Shown here: in pieces, positions 51,483-63,600 of the stretch
How positions within the stretch are numbered: the stretch's first letter is position 1
How the letters are laid out: each line of letters opens with the position of its first letter
Assembly: GCF_006345805.1 (NCBI RefSeq)
Contig: NC_043009.1
Span: 44,454,001 to 44,518,000, forward strand
Direction of reading: 5' to 3'
DNA from: Octopus sinensis
Taxonomy: Eukaryota
DNA: 64,000 nucleotides
Translations under genes and position numbers: made by a program
Notes under the pieces: model-generated
What the model was told of the DNA's origin: nothing
Database searches by the model: none
Seen by the model: the letters and a program-made list of their open reading frames with translations, nothing else

Positions 51483-53408
51483 GACACATGCATGTACATG
51501 CTTATATAACCTGAATTGAATAAAATTAATTTACTCAAGGAATTCAGCAAGTTTTCTAATATTTCAATTGCAAATTAGAAAAAAGAAAACCTCAAAAGCT
51601 ATCAAAATGAAAACAAAATCCACTTTATTTTTTATGAAATACTTGCATTCTTTCTTTAAAATTGATGTATTTTAGTTTGTCTATTTATTAATGGCACATT
51701 AAGTTCTGAATATTCTTTGGTTCTGCAATGTTTGCTTTCACAAAATTAGATTTTAATCCAGTTTATAATTACCATGATCCATGTATTATTTTTATTTCCA
51801 ATTCTTGAAATTTTTTTTTTATATATATCTTAAACTTCCTGTAGCAATTCAAACTAGAAATTTTTATTATTCTCTTTACCTTTACACCATTCTCTGTCAA
51901 AATAGACAGAGCTGTGATTACTTTTGTTTAATTATCTAAATGTATATTATTATAATTTAATAGTTATATATATATATTTTACTTCTTAAATATCTTAATG
52001 TCTGAGGTGATTTGTTGTGAACAAGTTTATTATTTTCCAGACTATCAACTTCATCTTAAGACAAAATATCTTTCGGGATTTACCTCCAAACTATTTTGAT
52101 AGCTTTGATTTGCAATCATCATCAGGTGTCTTATTCCTGGATTCCTCCTACATAGTACCAGACCAGGATTCAGGACTAGGAACAATTATTTCTAATACCA
52201 AATAGAATTAAGAATTAGGCATGCTTATTTATAAACTGAGGCAATGAAGTTTTTATTTCTAGATGATTATTGGGTTAAACATCATCATCATCACCATCAT
52301 CATCATCCACCCATCCCACCCCCACCCATATGGGCATGTGTTGGTCAGATTGATTCCATTTTAGTGCCTTGCTCCTTGTTGAAGTCCTTTGTCATTTGAT
52401 GTAAATAACAACAGAATATCACTGATCTTTGTATCTTTTTTATTTTACATGTTATAGTCATAGGATTGTGGCCATGCTTGGGTGCCACTTTGTAGGGTTT
52501 AGCCTTTATTATTTTAAGTTTCTTGCCCCTAAAAATGAAATTAATAATTTGAAAGCCCATAATCTTATTTTGTTTGTCATTTTAAAAATTATATCACTGG
52601 CACTTAAGAATGTCTTACTGGTATTTGTTCTCGCTCTTTACATTCTGAATTCAAATCCTGCTGAAGTCAACTTTGCCTTTCATCTGTTTAATGTTGAGGA
52701 AGTAAACTGCCAGTCAACTAGTTGAGAGTATTCACTCATTCCATCCCTTTAAAACTGCTGGCCTTGTAACTAAATTAGGAACTTTGTTATTGTTGTAAGG
52801 GCAGTAGATTAGCAAAAACAGTAAGCACTAGACAAAATACCATGAATTATTTGGTTATATCCTATTACATTTTAGGTTCAAATCCCACCAGAGTTGACTT
52901 TGCCCTTTTCATCCCACAGGATTGATAAAATAAATACCTACTGGTATTTATTTTATCAATCCTATACTGGAAGTCATTATAAACGGCAAATCCACCCACT
53001 TTAAAATTTGTAGCCTCATTGTGTCTGTTAGAAATTATCATCATCACCATTATTATTATTATTGTCCCTGAGATCGTTTTTTGTGTTTATTTAAATACTT
53101 CTGTTATCCCACTTTTTGAGGAATTCCTTAAAACAAATGTGTCTGTTTCTCAACATGTAAGGTTTTAGAAAGAAAAAAGAACAGGAACTGTTAGATATGT
53201 GTCGAGAAAGAATGTGTTTCTATGTGAAACGAAAGAATTAATACTTAGGGTATTTTAATTAAAAAAATATTGTATTGAATATATCCAAAGTGGTCTGAGG
53301 CTTGAGCACATGATATGTTGTTATACACATGTATACACATGCATGAGTGTATGTATGTGCATGTCTATATATATATATATATAATGCATATACATATATA
53401 TATATATA

Positions 53409-53455
<47 letters not shown>

Positions 53456-53591
53456 TTAGAGACAAAACCACTATTATGCAAATCAAACGAAGAAATTTGG
53501 ATTTATTCCCTATATATATATATCGTGTGTGTGGTTGTGTGTGTGTGTGTGTTATATATGCGTGTGTGTATATATATGTATCAGTCCAACT

Positions 53592-54133
53592 GTGCTTACC
53601 TTCCTTCTTGTGACACTTGTGAAGACCTGTTGAGGCAAGTGAAAATCAAAACAAATCAAAATAGATGAACATCAATGGAATTTGTATCTTTGTGGTACCA
53701 GTGCCGGTGGCACACAAGAAAACCATCCGAACGTGGCCGTAGCCGTACAGCATCGACTGGCCTCCGTGCTGTGGGCACGTAACAACACCATCCGATCGTG
53801 GCCGTTTGCCAGCCTCATCTGGCACCTGTTTCGGTGGCACATAAAACACCATCCGAGCGTTCCGTCTGCCAGCCTCGTCTGGCACCTGTGTCGGTGGCAC
53901 ATAAAAAAACACCATCCGAGCGTGGCCGTTTGCCAGCCTCGTCTGCACCTGTGTCGGTGGCACATAAAATCAAAATCATACACTCTCTGAGTGGTTGGCG
54001 TTAGGAAGGGCATCCAGCTGTAGAAACACTGCCAGATCTGACTGGACTGGTGCAGCTTTCGGGCTCCCCAGACCCCAGTTGAACCGTCCAACCCATGCTA
54101 CATGGAAAGCGGACGTTAAATGATGATGATGAT
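53592..54133 (+). mobile_element. RTE 3'-UTR fragment
   Basis: Matches the 31630 element from just after its stop codon to the (GAT)n tail; five unit motifs. Confidence 0.88.
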
Positions 54134-54137
54134 ATGC

Positions 54138-54169
<32 letters not shown>

Positions 54170-54178
54170 CCACACATA

Positions 54179-55040
54179 TGAGGTTTGATCAATAAGTATC
54201 CAGACTTGTCATAGTAATGAAGCTAAAACACGGAGAGTGAAGCCACTTGTCACAGATTGACCTTGAACTCTGCTGTGCACGTGCCCTAAGTTTTAATGTG
54301 CCGTTTATAGCAGTGCTTGGAAGGAACGTGTGTAGCATGTGATCGTCGTATTGACCATGACAGAGAAAGTTGTTATGGTGATACCTGCTCAGAGGCCTAA
54401 GCAAAGTTGCAGAAAGTGTATGGAGAGGTGTGTATAAGCTACACAGAAGTGTACAAGTGGTTCAAGCGTTTCCTAGGTGGCCAAAAAAATGTCGATAGTG
54501 ACGAACGTTCTTGGAAACCTGCAACCAGCAGAACTGAGAAAAGCATTGCAGATGTACGTGCAGCTGTGAGGGGAAATCATCGAATCACCATCCGTGAGTT
54601 ATCAGAGGATGTGCAGATTAGTTATTGTCCAGTTCATTATCACTGAAGACTTGAGTATGAGATGCGTGTCTGCCATGTTGGTGCCAAAACTGCTTTCAGC
54701 TGACCAAAAAGACATTCGGGTTTTAGTTGCACAAGATCTTGTTGATTGTGTCAAGAAGAATGAAAACTTTTTGAAAACTTTGCGTAAGCCTCTGAGCAGG
54801 TATCGCCAAGCTTTTAGCAAAATTTGATACAGATTCTCTGCTCATCTTTTTCTGTCATGGTCAATGCAACAATCACATGCTACACACCTTCCTTCCAAGC
54901 ATTGCTGTAAACAGTGGAAGTGAGCTAGAAGTGTGCATGTACAGCAGAGTTCAATGTCAATCTGTGCCAAGCGGCTTTACTCTGCATGCTTTAGCTTTGT
55001 TACTATGGCAACAGTCTGGATACTCATTAATCAGACCGCA
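54179..55040 (+). mobile_element. Non-autonomous mariner-like element with long inverted arms (fold-back)
   Basis: TA at 54177-78 and 55041-42. Ends tgaggtttgatcaataagtatccagact and agtctggatactcattaatcagaccgca. Arms 54179-~54408 and ~54776-55040 are inverted homologues. Confidence 0.85.
54357..54790 (+). pseudogene. Mariner transposase N-terminal (HTH) remnant
   Basis: LQKVYGE..VYKWFKRF..DSDERS.KP..RITIRELSEDV..(fs)IITEDLSM..VSAMLVPKLLS.DQK..ENFLKT; it stops before the expected first catalytic Asp motif (ITGDETW-like). Confidence 0.85.
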
Positions 55041-55059
55041 TATATATATATTATATATG

Positions 55060-55540
55060 ACCGTTTGTGTATGTATATATATATATGCATGTGTGTATAT
55101 GTGTGTCTATATGTGTGTGTATATGTCTGTGTGTATGTGTGTGTGTATATGTGTGTATATGCTTCATATTTGTACAACATGATTACTGTTTATTGTCCAT
55201 TTGACCTTGTAGTCCAATTTATATATACACACATCTTTGCATATATATATGTGCATGTGCAAATTCCTGCCCATACACGTGCATACACACGCATAGACAT
55301 CTGTGCATATATCCAAATATACACATCTATGCACTCACACATCCCTATGCACGCACGGGCCTACATCAATGCATACACTTATGTACATGCATTCCTATGC
55401 AGATGCACAGCTATGTACACACCCAGTCATACATACTTGCTCGCACATCCTTACACACAATCCTACATCCATGTGCACACATACAGATACAACCATTGTG
55501 CATCCATGCACACATACTTGCACACATCCCTGTACATGTG
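55060..55540. repeat. Degenerate (TG)-rich then (CA)-rich microsatellite
   Basis: Alternating purine-pyrimidine sequence; source of ORFs 54933..55541 etc. Confidence 0.85.
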
Positions 55541-56319
55541 ATATTTTGTGGTTTGGTGGATAAAGTAGCACTTTTGTAACTCATGGATCTTGAGTTCATA
55601 TCCATTGCAGGTCTATTAATTCTTCCACAGTTCTGCAACCTCCTTCCTTAGCTGCTGAACACTTGACCTGTTAGAAATAGCAGTCAAATTTCTATCATAT
55701 GACACCCTGCTATATTAATGAAAGGAAGGATGCATATATCGGAATAATGCAGTTCTAGATACACTGTTGAGATAAAAATGGGATGGCCATGGCTAGAACC
55801 TCTTTGATTATAGGTCTGTCTGCTCAGTAAGGAGTGACCTAGGGCTAATCATCAACAACAACAACTTGTCTAGTTAAACAAAGCTGAACAGAGAAGTTAC
55901 TTGTGATAGATAAGACAAGAGTCTTATCAAAAGGAGATTTGTCTCACTCGCAGCCAGTTAACTCTACTGGAACTAGAGAGAAACACCTTCTTTGTAGACT
56001 CCTTCTATGGTTTATTGACATTGCTTTAAATACAACACTTAGTTTATTATTATTGCTGAGTGGTCTTTAGTTAAACCCCAGAGGTTCCCAACCTGATGTG
56101 CCTGTATTCCCTGGAGTACATACATGGTGGCATTTTAAGGGGTGCAACGAAGAGAGAATGTATATACCTTGTTAAACCTATTGATACCAACCAGCCCAAG
56201 ACTACCCTTGGTCCTGTCATACAAACTTTTGGTTTCTAATTTAAAAGCTTCCATCAAAGTTTCATGTTAATTTATGTGGCAAACACTGATTTAATTATTT
56301 TTTATTAAATTCTTCATTG

Positions 56320-56700
56320 GCTCATGCATGCCTGCATGGTAGCAGTTTGCTTCCCTAGCATGATTCCAGATTCAGTCCCATTGCATGGCACCTTGAACAA
56401 GTGTCTTCTACTATAGCATTGGGCCGACCAAAGCTTTGTGAGTGAATTTGTTAGATGGAAACTGAAAGAAGACTGTCGTGTGTGTGTGTGTTTGTGTTCA
56501 TCCCCCACCATTGCTTCACTACAGGTGTTGGTGCCTTTATGCCTATGTAACTTAGTGGTTCAGTAAATGAAACTGCTAGAATAAGTACCAAGTTTTTAAA
56601 AAAAAAAGTCCTAAAGGTCAATTTGCTTGACTGACATGCCTCAAGGTAGTGCCCCAGCATGGCACAATCTAATGAATGAAACAGATAGAAGATAAAGGAT
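56320..56700 (+). mobile_element. SINE family A inserted in a piggyBac-like MITE
   Basis: MITE family 1 sequence is present on both sides (56172-56318 and from ~56715). Confidence 0.75.
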
Positions 56701-56702
56701 AA

Positions 56703-57019
56703 AAGATTATATTAAATTATTAAATTCTTCATGATTTTAAAAATTAATTGCAAGAAATGCAACACACATCAATGCATTTCTGTAGAAATTTTAAAACAGT
56801 AATTTGAGAGATATTTGGCTGCTATTTTTAGCAGATTAATAAACTCTGTAGAGGATCCCTCATAAGATTATATTAAATTATTAAATTCTTCATGATTTTA
56901 AAAATTAATTGCAAGAAATGCAACACATCAATGCATTTCTGTAGAAATTTTAAAACTGTAATTTGAGAGATATTTCGCTGCTATTTTTAGCAGATTAATA
57001 AACTCTGTAGAGGATCCCT
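56703..57019. repeat. ~160-bp tandem duplication
   Basis: 56703-56863 vs 56864-57019; two substitutions and a 2-nt indel seen. Confidence 0.92.
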
Positions 57020-57571
57020 TATTGACTCTTCGTCCCATTTCTACAGTCTATGTTCTGGTAGATTTAACATTAAAATTATCTACTGGTTGTTTTGTTTACT
57101 TAACACACCCTTTTATTTCAACTTCAATTGACCAGCAGCTTGTTTTAACAGCTCCCTGGAGAGGAAATCACTTTAAAAACATGTCTGACAAACAGCAAAA
57201 CAACACCATAGATACATGTACACACATGTTTATATGTATGGATGTGTGTATGTTTGTGTGTTTGTGCTGGTTTTCATGGTTGTGGTTGTGATGGTGATGT
57301 TGACAATGTGGGTGTTATTTGTTTTGGCTTCTATAGTGATATGTGTGTCTGTATTAATGTTTAATGTCCTGTTCCTTTTTTTTTTTTCTTTTCTCTTCAG
57401 ACACAGTGAATTTAGGAATACACTATCTAATGTGTATTTCTCCTCTTTTTTTTATATTTTTATTAAGACTGTATTATGGTTCCAGAGAAATTCATATACT
57501 ATCTGTAGATCTTTAAATGACCATAACAACTGTATGCATGTGTATACATGCATATATGTACATTTGTGTTG

Positions 57572-57734
57572 AGGCGCAGGAGTGGCTGTGTGGTAAGTAG
57601 CTTGCTAACCAACCACATGGTTCCGGGTTCAGTCCCACTGCGTGGCACCTTGGGCAAGTGTCTTCTGCTATAGCCCCGGGCCGACCAATCCCTTGTGATT
57701 GGATTTGGTAGACGGAAACTGAAAGAAGCTTGTC

Positions 57735-57777
<43 letters not shown>

Positions 57778-58012
57778 ATATATGTGTGTGTATATGTTTA
57801 TGTGTCTGTGTTTGTCCCCCTAGCATTGCTTGACAAGACAACCAATGCTGGTGTGTTAACGTCCCCCATCACCTAGCGGTTCGGCAAAAGAGACTGATAG
57901 AATAAGTACTGGGCTTACAAAGAATAAGTCCCGGGGTCGATTTGCTCAACTAAAGGCGGTGCTCCAGCATGGCCGCAGTCAAATGACTGAAACAAGTAAA
58001 AGAGTAAAAGAG
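57572..58012 (+). mobile_element. SINE family A, full length, young
   Basis: CpG-rich, A/B-box-like head, internal (TA)n, tail gtaaaagagtaaaagag. Confidence 0.93.
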
Positions 58013-58281
58013 TATTAGAAAAACGAGGTAACAAGGTGTACAATTATGTCTTTGTGTTATGTTTATTTTAGTTTTGTTTAGCTTTAGGCCAGCCCTTATC
58101 TAACAGGCTTATTGACTGGAAACATCCCAACTGTGGCTACCCATCTTTATTATTATTTTTTTTTTTTGCATCCTATATATATATATCTAAAATGTGCCTG
58201 AAAGTAATCTAGTTTCATTTTGTCAAATTTCTTTTGGAGGGCCCAAGGCTTGCATATATAAATATGTGTGTGTGTGTGTGT

Positions 58282-59319
58282 GTGTGTCTATGTAAAAATG
58301 CATGTCTGCGTGTGACTAAGTCACCCTGTTTCAACCAATGACAAGTTGACGCCCTTCAAAATATATATATATTAAGTATATCATATTTAAGGTTATTATG
58401 AAAATATCCGGTCCCAGTTCTCATGGGAACTTAGTTGACTTCACATTAGATCTTGATGTTGAGTAGTTAAGGGACCAGAAAAAGAAAAAAAATCACTCAA
58501 AAGTCATGAGTTGAAGAAATCCAATGTCTAAGTTTGGGCATGGTTTCTATGGCCAGATGCCCTACCTAACAACAACTAATTTTCAGTGTGTGAATGAGTG
58601 CTTTTATCGTGGCACTGCAAGGTTAAAGAGGCTTTTTGACTGAGAGGGAGTATAGGAGATCGGGTGGTTGCTTTAAGCATGACGGGGAAAGCAGGAACAA
58701 GTTTACTGTTGTAGGGGAAATTCATCACTGCTTAGGATTTTACATGTGTTGATGGGGATGAAGTAGAGTCTAAAGAGAAGTAAATGGGTGTGTGTGTGTT
58801 ACGTGTGTCTATGTAAAAATGCATGTCTGCGTGTGACTAAGTCACCCTGTTTCAACCAATGACAAGTTGACGCCCTTCAAAATATATATATATTAAGTAT
58901 ATCATATTTAAGGTTATTATGAAAATATCCGGTCCCAGTTCTCATGGGAACTTAGTTGACTTCACATTAGATCTTGATGTTGAGTAGTTAAGGGACCAGA
59001 AAAAAAAAATCACTCAAAAGTCATGAGTTGAAGAAATCCAATGTCTAAGTTTGGGCATGGTTTCTAAGGCCAGATGCCCTACCTAACAACAACTAATTTT
59101 CAGTGTGTGAATGAGTGCTTTTATCGTGGCACTGCAAGGTTAAAGAGGCTTTTTGACTGAGAGGGAGTATAGGAGATCGGGTGGTTGCTTTAAGCATGAC
59201 GGGGAAAGCAGGAACAAGTTTACTGTTGTAGGGGAAATTCATCACTGCTTAGGATTTTACATGTGTTGATGGGGATGAAGTAGAGTCTAAAGAGAAGTAA
59301 ATGGGTGTGTGTGTGTTAC
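58282..59319. repeat. ~520-bp tandem duplication with (GT)n at the junctions
   Basis: 58282-58802 and 58803-59319 are nearly identical. Confidence 0.95.
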
Positions 59320-59703
59320 CTAATTTCACTTACTTTTACAACCATTTTTTCATGTTAGCATGGGTTTGATGAATACAGCATTATTTTACAACCAGAGGCC
59401 CTTCCTACATTTGGCCCTTGTATGTTATTCAAGTAAAAGACATTTCATTCCAAAAATCTTCGAAAGTGCAAAATTAGTGAGTGATTTGTTGGCAGAAAAA
59501 TATCAACAGAGAACACTACTATAGTTCAACAATTACACACACTTGTACACATGTAAACACACACACATACACAGAGAGTCAGCTTTGGACAGTTCCCATC
59601 TACTAAACTAACAAGATATGTATTTATGTATGTGTATGTATGGGTGTGTATGTATGGGTATGTGTATATGTACATTTGTCTATATGGATGCATATGTGTC
59701 TCC

Positions 59704-59761
<58 letters not shown>

Positions 59762-59764
<3 letters not shown>

Positions 59765-60049
59765 GCGCCCTTTTCAAACCTAGCCAGGCTCATGGGCCCA
59801 GTTTCCCGGTTTCTATGGTGTGTGTGTTCCCCCCACCTGGACGGGACGCCAGTCCATTGCAGCTTCACTCAAGAAACAGGAAGAAAGAGTAAGATTACAT
59901 CAGGGGTCGCCACCACCTCTGCCGGAGCCTCGTGGAGCTTTAGGTGTTTTCGCTCAATAAACACACACAACGCCCAGTCTGGGAATCGAAACCGTGATCC
60001 TCCGACTGCGAGTCCATTGCCCTAACCACTGGGCCATTGTGCCTCCACA
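59762..60049 (-). mobile_element. SINE family C variant
   Basis: Matches 10540-10829. Confidence 0.82.
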
Positions 60050-60904
60050 CACACATATATATATGTATGTATGTATTCATCTGCATTTTTGTAGTGTCAT
60101 TATCCATGTTAACACACAAATATTTAAAGAACTCAATAATAGAATTTTAATATAAAAAAAGGTGTTGTCATCTAATATTGTAAGAATTTAATTTAGTAGA
60201 AAACATAGTAAAAGTTATTTTGATATATTTCTGTGTGAATAACACTTATGTTTTTGCACATACACATTTACTTGCAAATATAAACAGGCTCTTTGGTAAA
60301 CAACTTCAACGACAATGTTTTGTTTAGAAAGCCAGCTATGGTGCCAGTCAAATTCTTTGTTCTGCTACATGATACATAATGTTTGTGGTGTTGACAAAAT
60401 GCAATCCTTCATTATGGTTTTGAAATCTCACCAGTCAAAATGTTTTTGGTTTAGTTGTTGTTTTAATTATTATTATTATTAAGATGGTGAGCGGGTAGAA
60501 TTGTTAATGCATTGGGGGAAAATATTTTACAGCATTCATGCCCTGAGTTCAAATCCTGCCGAGATCAACTTTGCCTTTCATACTTTTGGGGTCAAAAACA
60601 TAAGTACCTTTTGAGCATTGGGATCAATGTAAACATCTAGTCTCCCCCACCCCCACCTGGAGACCCTGAAAATTCAGGACTTATAATGAATTATTATTAC
60701 TGTGGAAGATTAGCAGAATTGTTAGAGCTTCAGAGAGAATTCCTGGTGGTATTTGTTTGGACTCACTACATTCTGAGTGCAATCCATGCTAAGATCAAAT
60801 TTGGCTTTCATCCCTTCAGGTATCAATAATACAAAGCAACAGTCAAGTACTGGGGTTAGTGTAATTGACTAATCTCGCCCCTCAAATTGCTAGCCTTGTA
60901 TCTA

Positions 60905-61500
60905 ATTTAGCAACAAGGTCCTCACCTGTTTTCTACCAGGCAATATAGTTGATGGAAGTTCCATTGTAGCTATGTATTGAGGATTAGTGGCATGTAAGAG
61001 CTATAGCATTCTTGGAGAAATGCTACACATCAATGAGGATGAACTGGATAATTTCCAGAAATTCTTAGCCAGGATGTGCATTTGAGGGGTGCTACCAGTT
61101 CAAGATAAATCCTGGAGAGACAGAGGGTGCCGCCAGGCAGACTGTTGAAGATGTGTGCAATGTAACAAACTGTACTGCATGCCTTTGTGCCGTGTCCAAG
61201 TATTGTTGACTTATGGAGTTATGTTTAACTGTTGTTATCATATGTAGGATGGACCTGGCTATCAGCCAAGTCTGTTGTGAGGATTGCCCCACTGCCTACC
61301 TTTAACAAGGTAGGGTAGGCCATGTTTGTCTGTCTGATGACTATGGCAAAAGAGGCCGTGTGATGGACAAGACCAGAGAGATCAAGGACAGATACCTTCC
61401 TATTCAGTCAGGCTCTCATTGACACTTACTTGAAGAGGAAAGTGAGGGTAGAGTGGGAAATGCTCTCTCCCAGCAAATTTGTGCAGGTGGCAGAAAAGAA
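60905..61500 (+). mobile_element. Decayed L1/Tx1-like LINE ORF2 C-terminus
   Basis: DNFQKFLA..LPVQDK..RCVQC..TVLHAFVPC..LWSYV..AKEAV*WTR..DTFLFSQALI; same family as 12390-13050. Confidence 0.75.
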
Positions 61501-61519
61501 ACACCGTTTCGACCCTGTG

Positions 61520-61893
61520 CTTGAGGAGATCCATTGAGTCAAGTACACCAACATCAAAAATCAATGGAAACTGCAGTTGTGATCCCTGAGCCAGTGGCAC
61601 GTAAAAAGCACCATCTGAACATGGCCGATGCCAGCACCGCCTTGACTGGCTTCCGTACCGGTGGCACATAAACAGCACCAATCCGATCGTGGCCGTTGCC
61701 AGCCTCGCCTGGCACATAAAAAGCACCCACTACACTCACGGAGTGGTTGACGTTAGGAAGGGCATCCAGCTGTAGAAACACTGCCAGATCAGACTGGAGC
61801 CTGGTGCAGCCATCTGGCTTCCCAGATCCCCGGTCGAACCGTCCAACCCATGCTAGCATGGAGAACGGACGTTAAACGATGATGATGATGATG
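61520..61893 (+). mobile_element. RTE 3'-UTR fragment interrupting an L1/Tx1-like remnant
   Basis: Conserved tail ending in ggacgttaaacgatgatgat. Confidence 0.87.
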
Positions 61894-62929
61894 GGTTTTT
61901 GTGGCAAAAAACGGTAAGGGTGAATGGAACTACTCTTAGCATATGCTTATAGATTGAAGAATAGTTGGGTGAGGGCTTGTGGCCTTGGTGGTCAGGGAAA
62001 TCCTGGGTCTGTGGAGTTCCTTGATCAGCCCTAGTTAGAGGTTCTCCTGTATCAGGAGGACTAAATCCTTCATGTATTCACATATTTTATAAACCCTGTG
62101 TGCTGTTTTTATCTCATCTCTTTCCCTCCCCACTTACCCTTCACATCTTTTTTTTTTTATGTAAACCCCCTACACAATTTGTAAATTGTCCTTGTAATGT
62201 CCCTATCATCAGATGCCTCTGTGGCAAATAAAATAAATTATTATTACTATTATTATTATTATTATTATTTTCAAATATGTGAGTATGAAGAGAATGACAG
62301 TTGGCAAAAAGAGAGAGAAAAAAAAAGCCCAGTAAACTATTATATACTAAATAACAGTTTATTAGAGAATACTTTGACACTTCTCTGACTTTAACAAAAA
62401 TGCGGGTTGGGGTGCGTGTGTGTGTGTGAGAGAGGGGGGAGGGTGTAGAAAATGAAATAAAGAAAATGAAAGAAATGTAAAACATGAGGGGTAGGAGAGG
62501 GTACAAATAGCCAAATAAATGTTAAACTGGTATTATGAAAATTGATGTCGCATGATTTCCTTAGCTGTTCAGATATGTGGTATGTGCGCGCGCGTGTGTG
62601 TGTGCTTGTTTGTTATAAGATACTCAAGAATTTTACAAGTGATGAGGGAGACACTATACAGCGTTTCAACTTGCTAGAAATAGCAGCCTAGTCTCCAGTA
62701 AGTTGAGAGAGAGAGCCTCTGTGTGGTCACTTGACCTGCAAAAGTAGGAGTCAAATCTCCCTCGAACTACACTATTATATCAGATAATGAGGTTCTAGGT
62801 ACATTGTGCCTGGGAAAAATACAGAACGTTTGTGGCCAGAATACTGTTTGTTGGTTATAACACTGCACTTGGTCATTGCATTATAGCTCTGCTCTCAGCC
62901 ACAGCTCTGCTCTTGGCCATCATGCTGCT

Positions 62930-63600
62930 CTCTTTCACCTTTTATCTGTTTTAATCATTGGACTGCGGCCATGCTGGAGCACTGCTTTGAAGAGCTTTTA
63001 TATTTCTTTACTACCCACAAGGGGCTAAACACAGAGGGGACAAACAAGGACAGACAAATGGATTAAGTCGATTACATCGACCCCAGTGCGTAACTGGTAC
63101 TTAATTTATCGACCCCGAAAGGATGAAAGGCAAAGTTGACCTCGGCGGAATTTGAACTCAGAACGCAGTGGCGGACGAAATACTGCATAACATTTCGCCC
63201 GGCGTGCTAACGTTTCTGCCAGCTCACCGCCTTTGAAGAGCTTTTAGTCAAATGAATCAATCTGGGTACTAATTTTTTTTAAGAACCACCTTGAAGAGTT
63301 TTAGTCAAACAAATCAACATCAGGACTTATTCTTTGTAAGCCTGGTACTTATTCTATTGGTTCTCTTTTTGCTGAACTGCTAACTTACAGGATGTAAACA
63401 AACCAATGCCGGTTGTTAATTGGTGTTGAGGGACAAACACAGCACAAACACACACACATACATGACAGGCTTCTTTCAGTTTCTTTCTACCAAATCCATT
63501 CACAAGGCTTTGGTGGCCTGAGGCTATATAAGTCATACCTGCTGCATAGCCCAAAGTGCTATGCAGTGGGATTGAACTGGGAACCATGTGGTTGGGAAGC
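62930..63600 (-). mobile_element. SINE family A interrupted by SINE family B
   Basis: Tail at 62930-63000 and remainder at 63231-63600. Confidence 0.78.
63001..63230 (-). mobile_element. SINE family B, young, with 16-bp target-site duplication
   Basis: ctttgaagagctttta occurs at 62985-63000 and 63231-63246; B-box-like gagttcaaattcc. Confidence 0.93.

Noticed and set aside
53690-53990. CRISPR-like appearance of the palindromic direct-repeat arrays (also 4140-4410 and 17490-17710)
   Set aside because: There are no unique spacers (whole units are homologous), no cas genes, the context is eukaryotic, and the arrays sit inside the RTE 3' UTR.
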